A stretch of 64,000 nucleotides of DNA from Bispira polyomma (Eukaryota), in contig OZ287753.1 of the NCBI GenBank assembly GCA_965649765.1, positions 62,744,001 through 62,808,000 on the forward strand, in the 5' to 3' direction. The notes beneath the pieces are model-generated. The model was not told the DNA's origin, did not search any database, and saw only the letters and a program-made list of their open reading frames with translations. Each line of letters opens with the position of its first letter. The stretch's first letter is position 1. Made by a program: the position numbers and the translations under genes. Of the stretch, positions 53,227 through 64,000 are shown in pieces.

Positions 53227-53874
53227 TATCTAGCCGCTTGAACTTGTACTTTCATGCTAATATCTCTTAATAGGTCAGTGTCTATATAAACTACAGTCAG
53301 AACTAAACTAGAACTGTCATTCTCATCTATCGTTTGGTCTCGTTGATTCAAGGGTCTTGTAAATTCCATATTTGCCATTTTTCTTGATTAAACAAATGTG
53401 TTTCGAATCATTTACATTACAAAATAATATTTTAACATCTCTAGATTAAAATACAACACAAATTTCACCAAAAACAGTATTTGTAAATGTGAAATATGCC
53501 CATAAAGAAGTGGTTAAAAATCGCGAATTTATGAGACCCAAGGCTAATACCAATGTTAAATGTTTCTCCTCTTCCTCCACTAACTTTATAGATATCATTT
53601 AATTTTCTCACTAAAATTGCACTTTGTTGGGCCTTACATCGCTTTCAACAGCTTGGCAACAAGATTTAATGGGACAGGAAACTAGTGCTGAAGGGCACCC
53701 TAAAGTACCATACCTAAAGGAACAAAAGGGATTCAAACCAAGATTGGCAAATGATTGTGCAGTGACCATTGAATAATCATTAGCCTATCACAGTCTCTTG
53801 TGTATAAAGGTAACATCTGTGGATATCACATAACAGCACAAATGTTAATCAGTTTCTCCCTTACTAAGATTTAC

Positions 53875-53984
53875 CTGAGAAGTAGCGTTTAAACTTCTGT
53901 TCGTGTTCCTTGTGTAGCTGGTACAGCTCCTTGGCATATTTACTGGATAACTTCTCTGGCAAGAACCGGCTGTCTCGGAATTCC
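53875..53984 (-). CDS. DLG5: DLG5 GK exon (EFRDSRFLPEKLSSKYAKELYQLHKEHEQKFKRYFS), phase 2-1; absent from ORF track
   Basis: Acceptor caccag|G, donor TCAG|GTAAAT. Resembles DLG5 EQRDPIYLRDKVTQRHSKEQF...EQEYSRYFT. Confidence 0.9.
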
Positions 53985-54263
53985 CTGGTGTTGGTAAAAT
54001 ATGTAAATATTCATGAACATTTAGCTATATGGAATTATACAGAAGTAAAATCTTTTATTTGCTAATCTTAATTCATTTTCATGTTTAAACAAAAAAAAAA
54101 AACAATTAAAAACAATGTGTTGATATTCTAACCAAAATCTGTCTGAGATGTTGTAAGATGTACATGCATACTTATTGGTCTAGCTGTCAATCTACTAATA
54201 ATCACTGTAATTGCACTAGGATCTACCAAAAAACGGAAGAATCTGTAACACTGCTGGCCATAC

Positions 54264-54373
54264 CTTATTTGTTTTGGGCTGTCATGTTTGATAAACAACA
54301 GAATGGGGTAGATATGGACCTTATGGAGTCTTTCTATGGCTTCAGGCTCCACACTCAACATACAGTGACGATT
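54264..54373 (-). CDS. DLG5: DLG5 GK exon (NRHCMLSVEPEAIERLHKVHIYPILLFIKHDSPKQIR), phase 0-2
   Basis: Matches DLG5 NRHCLLDIAPHAIERLHHMHIYPIVIFI. Acceptor tttttag|AAT, donor AAG|GTATGG. Confidence 0.93.
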
Positions 54374-55189
54374 CTAAAAATAGAGCAAACAACAGAAAAT
54401 ATTGATATAATAATAAATTGTAAAAATTTTATTGTAATTTATCTTTTTGGAAGATAAATACTTACCTTATCCTCACTAACGCTATATAATTTAGTGCACC
54501 TAAATGTTCGACCACAAAAATCGCTTAAGTCTTTTTTCAAAGACTATTCTTGTGATTTGACCCAAATAAATCTCACCAACCTCACTGCGCATGCGCCGGA
54601 AGTCCCTTCAACTCTCGTCCTCGAGATACCCTTTACAATTAATTTGGGTGATGTTTCCACAAATAAAAGTGGGGCTGGTTGGGACGGGATCCGGTTTATT
54701 GAGGATAAGGTAAGTATTTATCTTCCAAAAAGATAAATTACAATAAAATTTTTACATTTTATTGCGATAAATACACCTTACCTTATCCTCACTAACGCTT
54801 GAATCCAACCTTGAAGGAGGAGGGTTATTTGTGTGAAACAAAGCCCCACATAAGGAATTAAGGAGTTTTGAAGCATTAGTTGTTGAGGACAAGACATTTG
54901 ACCTACTCTTATCACTTCGGGAGAAGCACGTAAGTCTGACAAAACAGCCAACTATCTAACTGAATAATAAGTAGTGCTGCGTTCTACACAGATATGACTG
55001 TACCACATATGTATGTCAATAGGTCAAGAAGATAATGTCATCTGACTATTATGCTTAGCCATCATCAAAATGACATCACATCACACAGATGATCTCTTCA
55101 CAAGATGCCACTTAATGAAAAGCTTGCAAGAGAAAACAGACAAATCATCAGCACATGCAAAGATGTATGTAGACAGTATAAAGGAAATT

Positions 55190-56025
55190 ACTTCACTGGA
55201 CAGTTTCTAATGAAACCAGTAAGTAGGGCACCAACAGACTACTTGACTTTGTGGCAAGTAGTGCTATCCTGCAAAGATAAGTAAGGACACTTCACTGGAC
55301 ATTTCCTTGTGAATCAATAAATATTCAACTAACAGACCACTTAGATAATGTAAGTAGAACTGTAGTAACAATAAGACGAAACTACTTCACTAATAAGTGT
55401 CCTGGTATCAGTAAATAGTCAACCAGAAAGTCGCTTCACTCCATGATAAGTGATGCTGTACTTAATAGTAAACGAAAGTGACTTCACTGAACAGTTCCTT
55501 GAGAACCAGTAAGCACTCAAGCAATAGCCTATTCAAATTAATGAAAGTAGTGCTGTCCTAAAGGATTAAAAGAATTACTTAACTGGACAGTTTAGTAACC
55601 CAGTAAGAATTCAACCAGCAACACCCTCCACACTAAGGTAAGTGAAGGTGTACCGGAAGGATATGGAAAAATACTTTACTGAACAATTTCTTACCAAGTA
55701 AAAATATTCAACCAACAGCATACCAAACAACATGAAAGTAGTGTTGTCCTTTAAGGATAAAAAGAATTACTTCACTGGACAGTTTAATGAACAGTAAGAA
55801 TTCAACCAGCAAAACAACTTCACTCCATGGTAAGCAGTGCTGAATTACAAGGACCAAGAAAGTACTTCACTGAACAATTACTTATGTGTCAGTAAGTATT
55901 CAACCAGCAGCCTACTTAACTCAATGGTAAGTGGTGCTGTATTTGAAGGACAAAGTTACTTCACTAGACATTTCTTATGGACCAGCAAGTATTCATCCAA
56001 CCTTCTACTTGAAGACATGGTAATA
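55190..56025. repeat. Diverged tandem array of 9 x 94-99 bp units inside the DIRS element
   Basis: ACTTCACT-like anchors at 55190, 55289, 55384, 55481, 55577, 55673, 55769, 55864, 55958, with recurring CAGTAAG, TTCAAC and AAGTAGTGCTGT blocks. Confidence 0.85.
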
Positions 56026-58699
56026 AGAGCATGCCTCTATACATGTACTAAAACATGTAGAGCATGAAAAAACCCAGATCAAGAAACAATCCATCACCCA
56101 TTTAATGGATAAGGTACTGCACTCTAGTCATCATGCCAAGAAACAGACATTCAGACGGCATCATCTTCCCAAACAGAAAAACTCTAACACACACATGAAG
56201 AGAAATAAAATTGAGAGAAAACAAAACAGCTCATCAGCATATGACTGTATGTATGAAGATGAAGTAGTACCTGTGTCAGATCTAACAAGATAATATCTTC
56301 CAGATCTGCCAGGACACTAAAAAATAATTCCAGCAAATGAACCATCCAGGGCCAGTTTAACGGCTGGAATGAACACTAGTGAAACAGGATCTGCAAGCTC
56401 AGATGCCAATAATTCATTTTATGAGTTTCAGACATCTCCAGAACAGCAGGTACCCTACACAGCAATGGTCCTAAGTTTCTTAAAATTCCCCGTCTAATAA
56501 TCCTATGACTAGGACCATCCTCAATGACAAATGTTCTTGAACATGTCCTGCATAAAATGGAAAAACCTGACCACATGACCAAAAACATTTTCCATCCAGT
56601 ACCAATGAAAAAGCCAACCGTCTAGATGTGGGAAAAATGTACAGAAGCATGAGCATTGGTCGATGAAGTGAATATTCTGTAATAATCAACCTATCTCTGG
56701 TCTTGAAACTGTGAAATTGTTCTGGCCTGGAACTCGATGCTGAAGATAACAAGGCCAAAAACTGCTTAACTCCAACCAATTCATTCCATTTGGAATAAAA
56801 TCTCTTAAACAAGTACTGCAATCTTCCCTGTAGGCCTCTGTAAATACTGTACTACCAACTAGTTGTTTCTCATTGGTAAACTTCCAAAACACACTATGCT
56901 GGAAAACTGCTTCTGCTTTCAAATAAGTCAGTCGAGAAAACTCTATTTCCTGTCTAGGATCGATTTCTGACCTTGTGTAACAATAAACCAGCCCACGGAC
57001 TGAAATATTGTGAAGAAATTCCAGACTTGAATACGACTGTTGTTGAAAATGTCGAAAAATAATCCTGCAGAAAAATTTAAATATCCATCCATTAAGGGTG
57101 AATAATCCAAAAATATTCGCAAGAAACTGCTTCCCCACCTGGAACTTGAATATCTGCAAATTCGCCAGCATAAAAGTATACATTGGTAGGTCTTACTGCC
57201 ACCTATTATTGCCCATACACTAATGATTCCTCACAACGAATCCGTTGAATCTGACGAATTTTTGAATTAAATAGAATATAAGAGTACCAGACGTCTAACG
57301 CCACCCAAATATATCTATTTTCGCTAACAAAACAGCCATATTCAGATACCTCTTTGTGTTGAATTTGAGAAGCTATATAGGTAGCAGTACACAACGAGAT
57401 CGTTCTTTCCCAAGACGTCGAAAAATCTCACCTCGTCTATATATACTGCTATCCCCAGTAGTACACCCTCTTCATTCATAATCCGTCATCACATTGAGAA
57501 CTCTCCCCAGATCTCACAGCATCGTCTTCATACACAATATTTGTCAAATATATCCATTTTAGTCTCTTACACCACGTGATGTTTACTTCAGGGAAGAGAC
57601 CATACTAACGGTAAGCCTGGTATTCATCTCTCAGTACAGCCCGAATTCGGGAATAGCACACCTGGAAATAGAAATAGCTAAACATCATTTGATTTCTCGT
57701 AACTGTCTTTGATAGATATATCTGCGGAGAAGGCTGTAATCAGCTAGAATACTGCAAGTATTCTGTTTTACTGTCAGAAACTGGCCTTTTTCAGCAATTT
57801 AAGAGATAAAAACCATTACTTCTCCGTGGCTGTCTAGGTAGAAATCTCTGCTGATAAGACTGTGAGAAGCCAGGACACTCCACAAAAAGTGGTTTCTGTC
57901 AAACACTTGGCCATTATGGTGAATTGACAGTGGTCTGCCCAATCTTCAAACTTGTATCACATCTCCTATCAAAGTGAATCCCTCCTGGAATCGGGAAAAA
58001 ATCATGGATCTGAGAGATTCCATATTCTCCAAGAGAATGTAGACACTCTCTGTCAAGAAAATCAGCAAAGAATCAGAAGAATATGATGGCTGTGATGAGT
58101 ACTGTTGAGAAGACACTATAAATCTCTGGTTACTCTTCAAATTCCCCAACATAGTGAGATCTTCTGCTTCAGTGGAAATATCATCTCTGTACATCTCCAG
58201 TTTCAGGGGAAAGTTCAAGTTCCCTAGCCAAAGAAGTCCTGTCAAACTTATAGGCTGACAATTCACTCTCATCTACCTAGGTCCCCTTCCGCTCAACTCT
58301 ATCAGAAAGTACTCAGTAATTTTGACGATATAGCTTGAAGTAAAACTGATAACAACATTATCAGGGTCCCTCTGTACTGGCAATGATCATACCTCACATA
58401 CATCAAGCATTGGATGGCTGAATAATCGATGCAATAGTTGGAAAGATCTTCTATCATTCACAAGAGAACTATCAGCAAACAGCAGTCCCCTTCTGGGTAG
58501 CAGATATCTTAAGTACCTCAGTGATGCTACACCTCAAGTTCTCGGGGAAAAATCCAACTGGATGTTAACCTAGTCAGAGAAACCCCTATCCAATCCTATG
58601 TGCTGACGATTCACCCTCTTCTGCTCAGGTCCCCTTCCATCCTTGTATCGGAACTGGTAGCAAAGCTGTCAGGAAGGTAATTCAGGGATCCTCAGATGT

Positions 58700-59470
58700 A
58701 AGACATCAGCAGCTGTAGTGTTCACAACTTCAGCCTTCAAGTACCACAAGGATCTTCATCTGTAAGACATAGTAAGAGCTTCCAGAATTCACAATGAACT
58801 ATAAGCAACATAGCAGTCATCTCCAGGTAGCTCACATGTTCAGGTAGCTCAGGCATCAGCAGCTGTAGTATTCGCAACTTCAGCCTTCAGGAACCTCAAG
58901 GACCATCATCTTCAAGATATACTAAGAGCTTCCAGCGTTCACAATGAACAACAAAGCAAATAATATATCACCCAAACGATGTGGACGCTTTTAACAAGCA
59001 CACAGCTTTGAGTCTGTTGAGATATCACAGTTGTAACATCACTGTTGGGACATCACTGATGGGACATCACTGTTGGGACATCACCATCAGAACACTGCAC
59101 ATCAGCCATAGAAAATTCGATGAGCCTCCTATGCTCTGAAAAACAGAGCTAGGCCCACCAAATAATCAACCAGCAATCCAACACACCTCCTTTGTTAGGA
59201 CATCACTGCTAGGATATCCCTGTTGGGACATCACTGCTAGGACATCACTGTTGGGACATCACTCTTAGGACATCTTCACCATAGAAAATTTTATGTGCCT
59301 CCCATGCCCTGAATACAGAGCTAGGCACACAAAACAATTATCCGGCAACACCACAACATCTCGTTATGTTAATTTGACTGCACAACATCTCGTTGAGTTA
59401 AGTTGACTCCACAACATTTCGTTGTGTAAAGTTAACACCACAACATCTGGTTGTGTTAAGTTGACTCCTG
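58700..59470. repeat. Local duplications in the DIRS 5' region: ~150 bp duplicate, 14 bp CATCACTGTTGGGA repeats, ~29 bp CACAACATCTCGTTG repeats
   Basis: Direct repeats at ~58704/58854, ~59037-59085/59200-59255 and ~59352-59467. Confidence 0.75.
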
Positions 59471-60454
59471 TGCTGTTTCAAAACTCATGAAAACCGGCAA
59501 TGGACGCAAAGATCGCTAATGAAATGGAAAGTCTGGTAAACCCTCCAAAAAGCTGCCAATGATGAAACTAACTGTAGAAAGCAAGTTCCTCAGCTATAAT
59601 ACATCCTGCCTTATGAAATAAAGCATCTATTTTCCTTCAAAAACTCCAGTAGTAGATCGAACTAGGTGTTGACACAACGGCGACCAAATTAATTGTGAAG
59701 GGTATCTCGAGGACGAGAGTTGAAGGGACTTCCGGCGCATGCGCAGTGAGGTTGGTGAGATTTATTTAGGTCAAATCACAAGAATAGTCTTTGAAAAAAG
59801 ACTAAAGTGATTTTTGTGGTCGAACATTTAGGTGCACTAAATTATATAGCGTTAGTGAGGATAAGGTAAGGTGTATTTATCGCAATAAAAAGGGTAATCC
59901 ACAGTTAATGATCTACTGGGTCAGTATTTAAAAAGGGTTTTAGTCTTAAGTTTAACAATATGTCTAACATATTTAAGACTCCCTACTGTTAGTCGTCTTA
60001 GTTTTAAGAGCGAAGTTAACACTAAGCAAAGACCTTCTCATACTATCATTGGGATTAAGACCAAAAGTTTAACCTTTTGGGCCAAAATCAAAGGCCAATA
60101 TCTTAAACTTAAGACTACTTTAACACTAAGACATTTTCCAAATGGCTATTACACTTATATTAAATACTTAGACTAACAATATTTGTTTGAAAACTATTAA
60201 GTATAGTCTCAGAGTGAGAAAGGATCATCATTATTATACATAATTACAAGTTATCCCTTGCCTGTTGTATTTATTATGATATCAAATCACAGACATGATG
60301 CAAATCTTTTCAGTACATTGTAGGTTGCTCAATTGAAATAATATAGTTATTTTCAATGCAACAGGTTTTATTTCATTATTACTTTTAAAATTCCCTTGGT
60401 CGACTCAAATTGTCAATCAAACTTTTCTATACAGTTATATCATATTTTCCTTTC

Positions 60455-60731
60455 GTTTTATGCTTTGCCATTGCGGCTCCTGTTGAATGGAACAAACTCC
60501 CACACACTGTTACATCACAGGATAAAATCACTGGTTTCAGAAGCCATCTGAAAACTTACCTTTTCAGATTGGCCTACCCCCTTCCTTAGTCACCCTTTCC
60601 TTTGGTGGTTGCTTTTTGGTAACAACCTTTGCTTGCCACTTGATTTTCCCTATTTTGATATCAACACCTTAGAGGATGTTCTCATCATCAATTTGGCACT
60701 TTATAAATGTTTCTATAACTATTATTATTAT
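60455..60731 (+). mobile_element. 5'-truncated LINE (L2/CR1-group) 3' end
   Basis: Translates as CFAIAAPVEWNKLPHTVTSQDKITGFRSHLKTYLFRLAYP, the typical ORF2 C-terminus, followed by a short 3'UTR and a (TAT)n tail. Confidence 0.8.
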
Positions 60732-60799
60732 GATCCTTTAGTACCCCATATTACTTTCTTTCTCCCATCATGTAAAGATAATAGAAGTTGAGCTCTAGT

Positions 60800-60904
60800 T
60801 GTATTCTAGTACATACATTTAAGATGATGGCTTTTGTATTCTAGTACATACATTTAAGATGATGGCTTTTGTAATCTAATACATACATTTAAGATAATGG
60901 CTTT
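60800..60904. repeat. 3 x 35 bp tandem repeat spanning the donor of DLG5 exon 60887-61017
   Basis: Units start at 60800, 60835 and 60870 (TGTATTCTAGTACATACATTTAAGATGATGGCTTT). Confidence 0.95.
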
Positions 60905-61017
60905 GATACTGTCGACTGTAATACACTCAAAGCGGCCATCAGACAGAGGTCTCACATCAATAAACACCCCATCATGTTGTCCTGCCTGCAGTGTAGAGAT
61001 ACTGGTCTGTACAGGTT
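60887..61017 (-). CDS. DLG5: DLG5 GK exon (EPVQTSISTLQAGQHDGVFIDVRPLSDGRFECITVDSIKAIILN), phase 1-0
   Basis: Aligns by eye with DLG5 ..FVDY....HFDVTTVASIKEI. Acceptor cttacag|AA, donor AAT|GTATGT. Confidence 0.9.
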
Positions 61018-61275
61018 CTGTAAGTAAACTAGCTTGTATTAACACTGTATAACTAGAAGTGTGTCACTAGACACTGTCATATAAGGCACCATTGAAACAT
61101 TTATCAAAAAGCTTGTCAGCATTGTAAAATTTGTCAGGATCAAATAATCTTAATCATGATCTTGATAATGAAATCCAAGGAGTGCTCCCTTTAACCTGTA
61201 TTATTATTACATCCAAAATGCTTGCCGAGGGGGGATTTATATTACAAAATGCCAATAAGAAGCAATTTGTCTCAC

Positions 61276-61419
61276 CTGGTTTACACCTGAAGTACTTGTC
61301 AGGTGACTCGGATGTGATCTTGTTAATCAGGGCCTCGGATAAAGGTCCTAGTATTAACACAGGTCTCTGTACTGTGGAGTCCAGTCTTTCTACCCGCTCA
61401 TATGTCAGCACTGACCCAT
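61276..61419 (-). CDS. DLG5: DLG5 exon, start of GK domain (DGSVLTYERVERLDSTVQRPVLILGPL...RCKP), phase 1-1
   Basis: Y.RV.......RPVLILGPL MAGUK signature. Acceptor ttctacag|AT, donor CCAG|GTGAGA. Confidence 0.93.
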
Positions 61420-61504
61420 CTGTAGAAAACAAAACCATACACACCGTTATGATGTATAAGGGGACATTATCTTGAAACATCTTAAAACATCTTAAGCTCA
61501 ACTC

Positions 61505-62300
61505 AGACTCAAGCTCAAAGCTGAAATCACCATAACTCTGGCTAGAGTGTAGTCAAGTAAAATCTAACTGTGTATTTGAATTCACTGCTAAAAACTCTTT
61601 TAAAATATATGGTCACAAGTATAAGTGTATTCCATGTACCGGATACAAGGACTTTCAAAAAGCCTTCATTTGAGTTGATTAAGCTCAAAGCTCAAAGCTG
61701 AAGTCCCCATAACTCTGGCTAAGGTGGGGATAAGTAAAATCTAACTGTGTATTTGAATTCAGTGCTGAAAGCTCTTCTAAAATGAATGGTCACAAGTAAG
61801 GGTGTATTCCATGTACCGGATACAAGACTCAAAACTGAAGTCCCCATAACACTGGCTAGGGTGAAGATAAGTATAATCTGACAGCATATTTGACTTCAGT
61901 GCTGAAAGCTTTTTTCGATAAATGGTCACAAGGAGAGGTGTATTCCATGTACAAGGATGTACACAAAGCCTTCATTTGAGTCGAGTCTGCTCAAATCAAG
62001 CTTAAAGCTGAAGTCCCGATGTCTCTGGCTAGAGTGAAGTTAAGTAAAATCTGACTGCATATTTGACTTCAATTCTGAAAGCTCCATTAAAATAAATGGT
62101 CACAAGTAGAGGTGTATTCCATGTGCAAGGATGTACATATAGCCTTCATTTGAGTGGAGTTAAGTGAAATCTGACTGCATATTTGACTTCAGTGCTGAAA
62201 GCTCTTCTAAAATCAATATGGTCACAAGTCAAGGCATCTTCCATGTGTATAAAGACTTCCACATGGTTTTCATTTAACTCAAGTCTGTGAGTTTGAGTTT
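61505..62300. repeat. Intronic tandem repeat of ~120-185 bp units (about 5 copies), possibly inside a foldback/MITE-like element
   Basis: Recurrent TAAGTAAAATCT.ACTG..TATTTGA.TTCA.TGCTGAAAGCT...ATGGTCACAAG...GTATTCCATGT. Flanks CTCAACTCAGACTCAAG and GAGTTTGAGTTTGAG are loosely inverted. Confidence 0.75.
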
Positions 62301-62551
62301 GAGTTTCTTTCAAGAATACAGACCCAGGTCGACACGTAGGACCTCATGTGAGCAATTAAAATGGGGCTTCTCTGTCATTCGGTCATATCCAAATGTAACA
62401 GGCTAAAGAACCATGGGTATGTTGATAAATGGTCATCCTCAAGCCTCTCTCTTCAATTAGGAGAATGACAGTTATTGGTGCTGGTTGGCTAAAACTGGGC
62501 AGTCATTAGTGCTCTGTTTACCAAATAAAGGTACATAAATATCTGACTTAC

Positions 62552-62739
62552 CCTCATAGTCACTGTTAATAGAGGCATCAGAGAATGAGTTCAAATCATG
62601 ACTGTCTTTGGAGTTATTTCTGGCGTGTTTCTTACGTCTAAAGAAGCTCCTCCTAGTGGCAGAGTTTGAGTTACGTCTTTTTAATTCATCTTCTCCAATA
62701 TCTGACATACTCCTCCGCAGGACATATTCATCTTCTAGT
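62552..62739 (-). CDS. DLG5: DLG5 exon, SH3-GK linker (LEDEYVLRRSMSD...RRSFFRRKKH...SINSDYE), phase 2-1
   Basis: RRSFFRRK..H...SKD matches DLG5. Acceptor tattgtag|A, donor GAGG|GTAAGT. Confidence 0.92.
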
Positions 62740-62809
62740 CTACAATACACAGAGAACAATGGTCAAATCTCTCGCAAACTAGTAATTACAGGACATATTT
62801 CCTCCTCTC

Positions 62810-64000
62810 CCACTGTCTCACACTATAACTTAATAACTTGTTTTTAATGGGGACTTTTACTGAAGACTGTCTCAAACTATAACTTACTTGTTTTTACTAA
62901 AGACTGTCTCACACTATAACTAATTTGTTTTTACTGGGCACTGTCCCACTTTCTTGTTTTCACTGAGGACTGTCCTACTTGTTTTACTGGGGACTGTCTT
63001 GCTTACTTGTTTTTACTGGGGACTGTCCCACTTGCTTGTTTTTACTGGGAACTGTCCTACTTGTTTTTACTGGGGTTTGACCCCACTTACTTGTTTTTAC
63101 TGGGGATTGACCCCACTTACTTGTTTTTACTGGGGACTGTCCCACTTACTTGCTTTTACTGGGGACTGTCCCACTTAATTGTTTTTACTGGGGATTGACC
63201 CCACTTACTTGTTTTTACTGGGGACTGTCCCACTTACTTGTTTTTACTGGGGACTGTCCACTTACTTGTTTTTACTGGGGACTGTCCCCACTTATTTGTT
63301 TTTACTGGGGACTGTCCCCACTTACTTGTTTTTACTGGGGATTGACCCCACTTACTTGTTTTTATTGGGGACTGTCCCACTTACTTGTTTTTACTGGGGA
63401 CTGTCCACTTACTTGTTTTTACTGGGGACTGTCCCCACTTATTTGTTTTTACTGGGGACTGTCCCACTTGTGTTTACTGGGGACTGTCTTACTTGTTTTT
63501 ACTGGGGACTGTCCCAATTGCTTGTTTTTACTGGGAACTGTCCTACTTGTTTTTACTGGGGTTTGACCCCAGTTACTTGTTTTTACTGAGGACTGACCCC
63601 ACTTGTTTTTATTGGGAACTGTCCCACTTACTTGTTTTTACTGGGGACTGCCCACTTACTTGTTTTTACTGGGGACTGTCTTACCTACTTGTTTTTACTA
63701 GAGACTGTCTTGCTTACTTGTTTTTACTGAGGACTGTCTCACACTATAACTTACTTGTTTTTACTGGGGACTGTCTCACACTATAACTTACTTGTTTTTA
63801 CTGAGGACTGTCCCACTTACTTGTTTTTACTGGGGACTGTCTTAATTGCTTGTTTTTACTGGGGACTGTCTCACACTATAACTTACTTGTTTTTACTGAG
63901 GACTGTCCCACTTACTTGTTTTTACTGGGGACTGTCTTAATTGCTTGTTTTTACTGGGGACTGTCTCACACTATAACTTACTTGTTTTTACTGAGGACTG
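62810..64000. repeat. Minisatellite of ~27-36 bp units (CTTACTTGTTTTTACTGGGGACTGTCCCA), roughly 35-40 copies, running off the window edge
   Basis: Directly visible tandem array in the DLG5 intron upstream of exon 62739. Confidence 0.97.

Larger units (their letters stand above)
54419..59890 (-). mobile_element. DIRS1-type (tyrosine-recombinase class) retrotransposon, non-autonomous or decayed, in a DLG5 intron
   Basis: Inverted repeats ~54461-54647 and ~59684-59870 differ at about 4 of ~187 positions. The outer ends are non-identical. An internal complementary region (~54700-54798) is the head-to-tail complement of both outer ends. No obvious TSD. Only a weak coding remnant (IWVALDVW...LFNSKI, RNase H-like, ~57250-57320). 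Confidence 0.88.

Noticed and set aside
55190-56025. CRISPR-like or ribozyme interpretation of the 96 bp array
   Set aside because: Whole units are homologous with no unique spacers, the context is eukaryotic with no cas genes, and no CTGATGA/GAAA hammerhead core recurs.
56376-58272. Assigning DIRS-internal ORFs as RT, tyrosine recombinase or SGNH hydrolase
   Set aside because: Only faint resemblances (FHSFK, CFWSCGQ, FQEGFTL) and no intact catalytic motifs, so individual calls are not supportable without an HMM search.
62954-63940. Overlapping + strand ORFs with TCFYWG/LFLLG repeats
   Set aside because: Translations of the minisatellite in several frames, with no splice or start context.

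Overview
AT-rich, intron-containing animal genomic DNA; the repeat content suggests a lophotrochozoan, probably a mollusc. Two genes converge tail-to-tail. (1) + strand, 1-42710: the 3' part of a giant, very acidic protein gene, most likely a giant ankyrin (Ank2/UNC-44-like). No ANK/ZU5/death-domain exons are in the window, so the identity rests on short motifs. It has a >21.5 kb exon (open off the left edge) with 23 in-frame 819-825 bp repeats in higher-order blocks, a second 7.4 kb exon, small phase-1 cassette exons and a terminal exon, over 10,000 codons in total. (2) - strand, 62739 down to 52602: the last six coding exons of DLG5 (SH3-GK linker and GK domain), with all splice phases consistent. 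One DLG5 intron holds a 5.5 kb DIRS1-type retrotransposon with near-perfect inverted termini, an intact internal complementary region, decayed ORFs and a 9 x ~96 bp hairpin array. The most unusual observation is that three exon ends of DLG5 have been tandemly amplified into downstream DNA: an intronic minisatellite that reads GTVPSKN-K|GTAAGT (SH3 end plus donor), a triplicated donor, and a quadruplicated stop-codon region. Helentron-like elements, SINEs, MITEs and a LINE tail fill the rest. Coordinates were read by eye; repeat boundaries are approximate.
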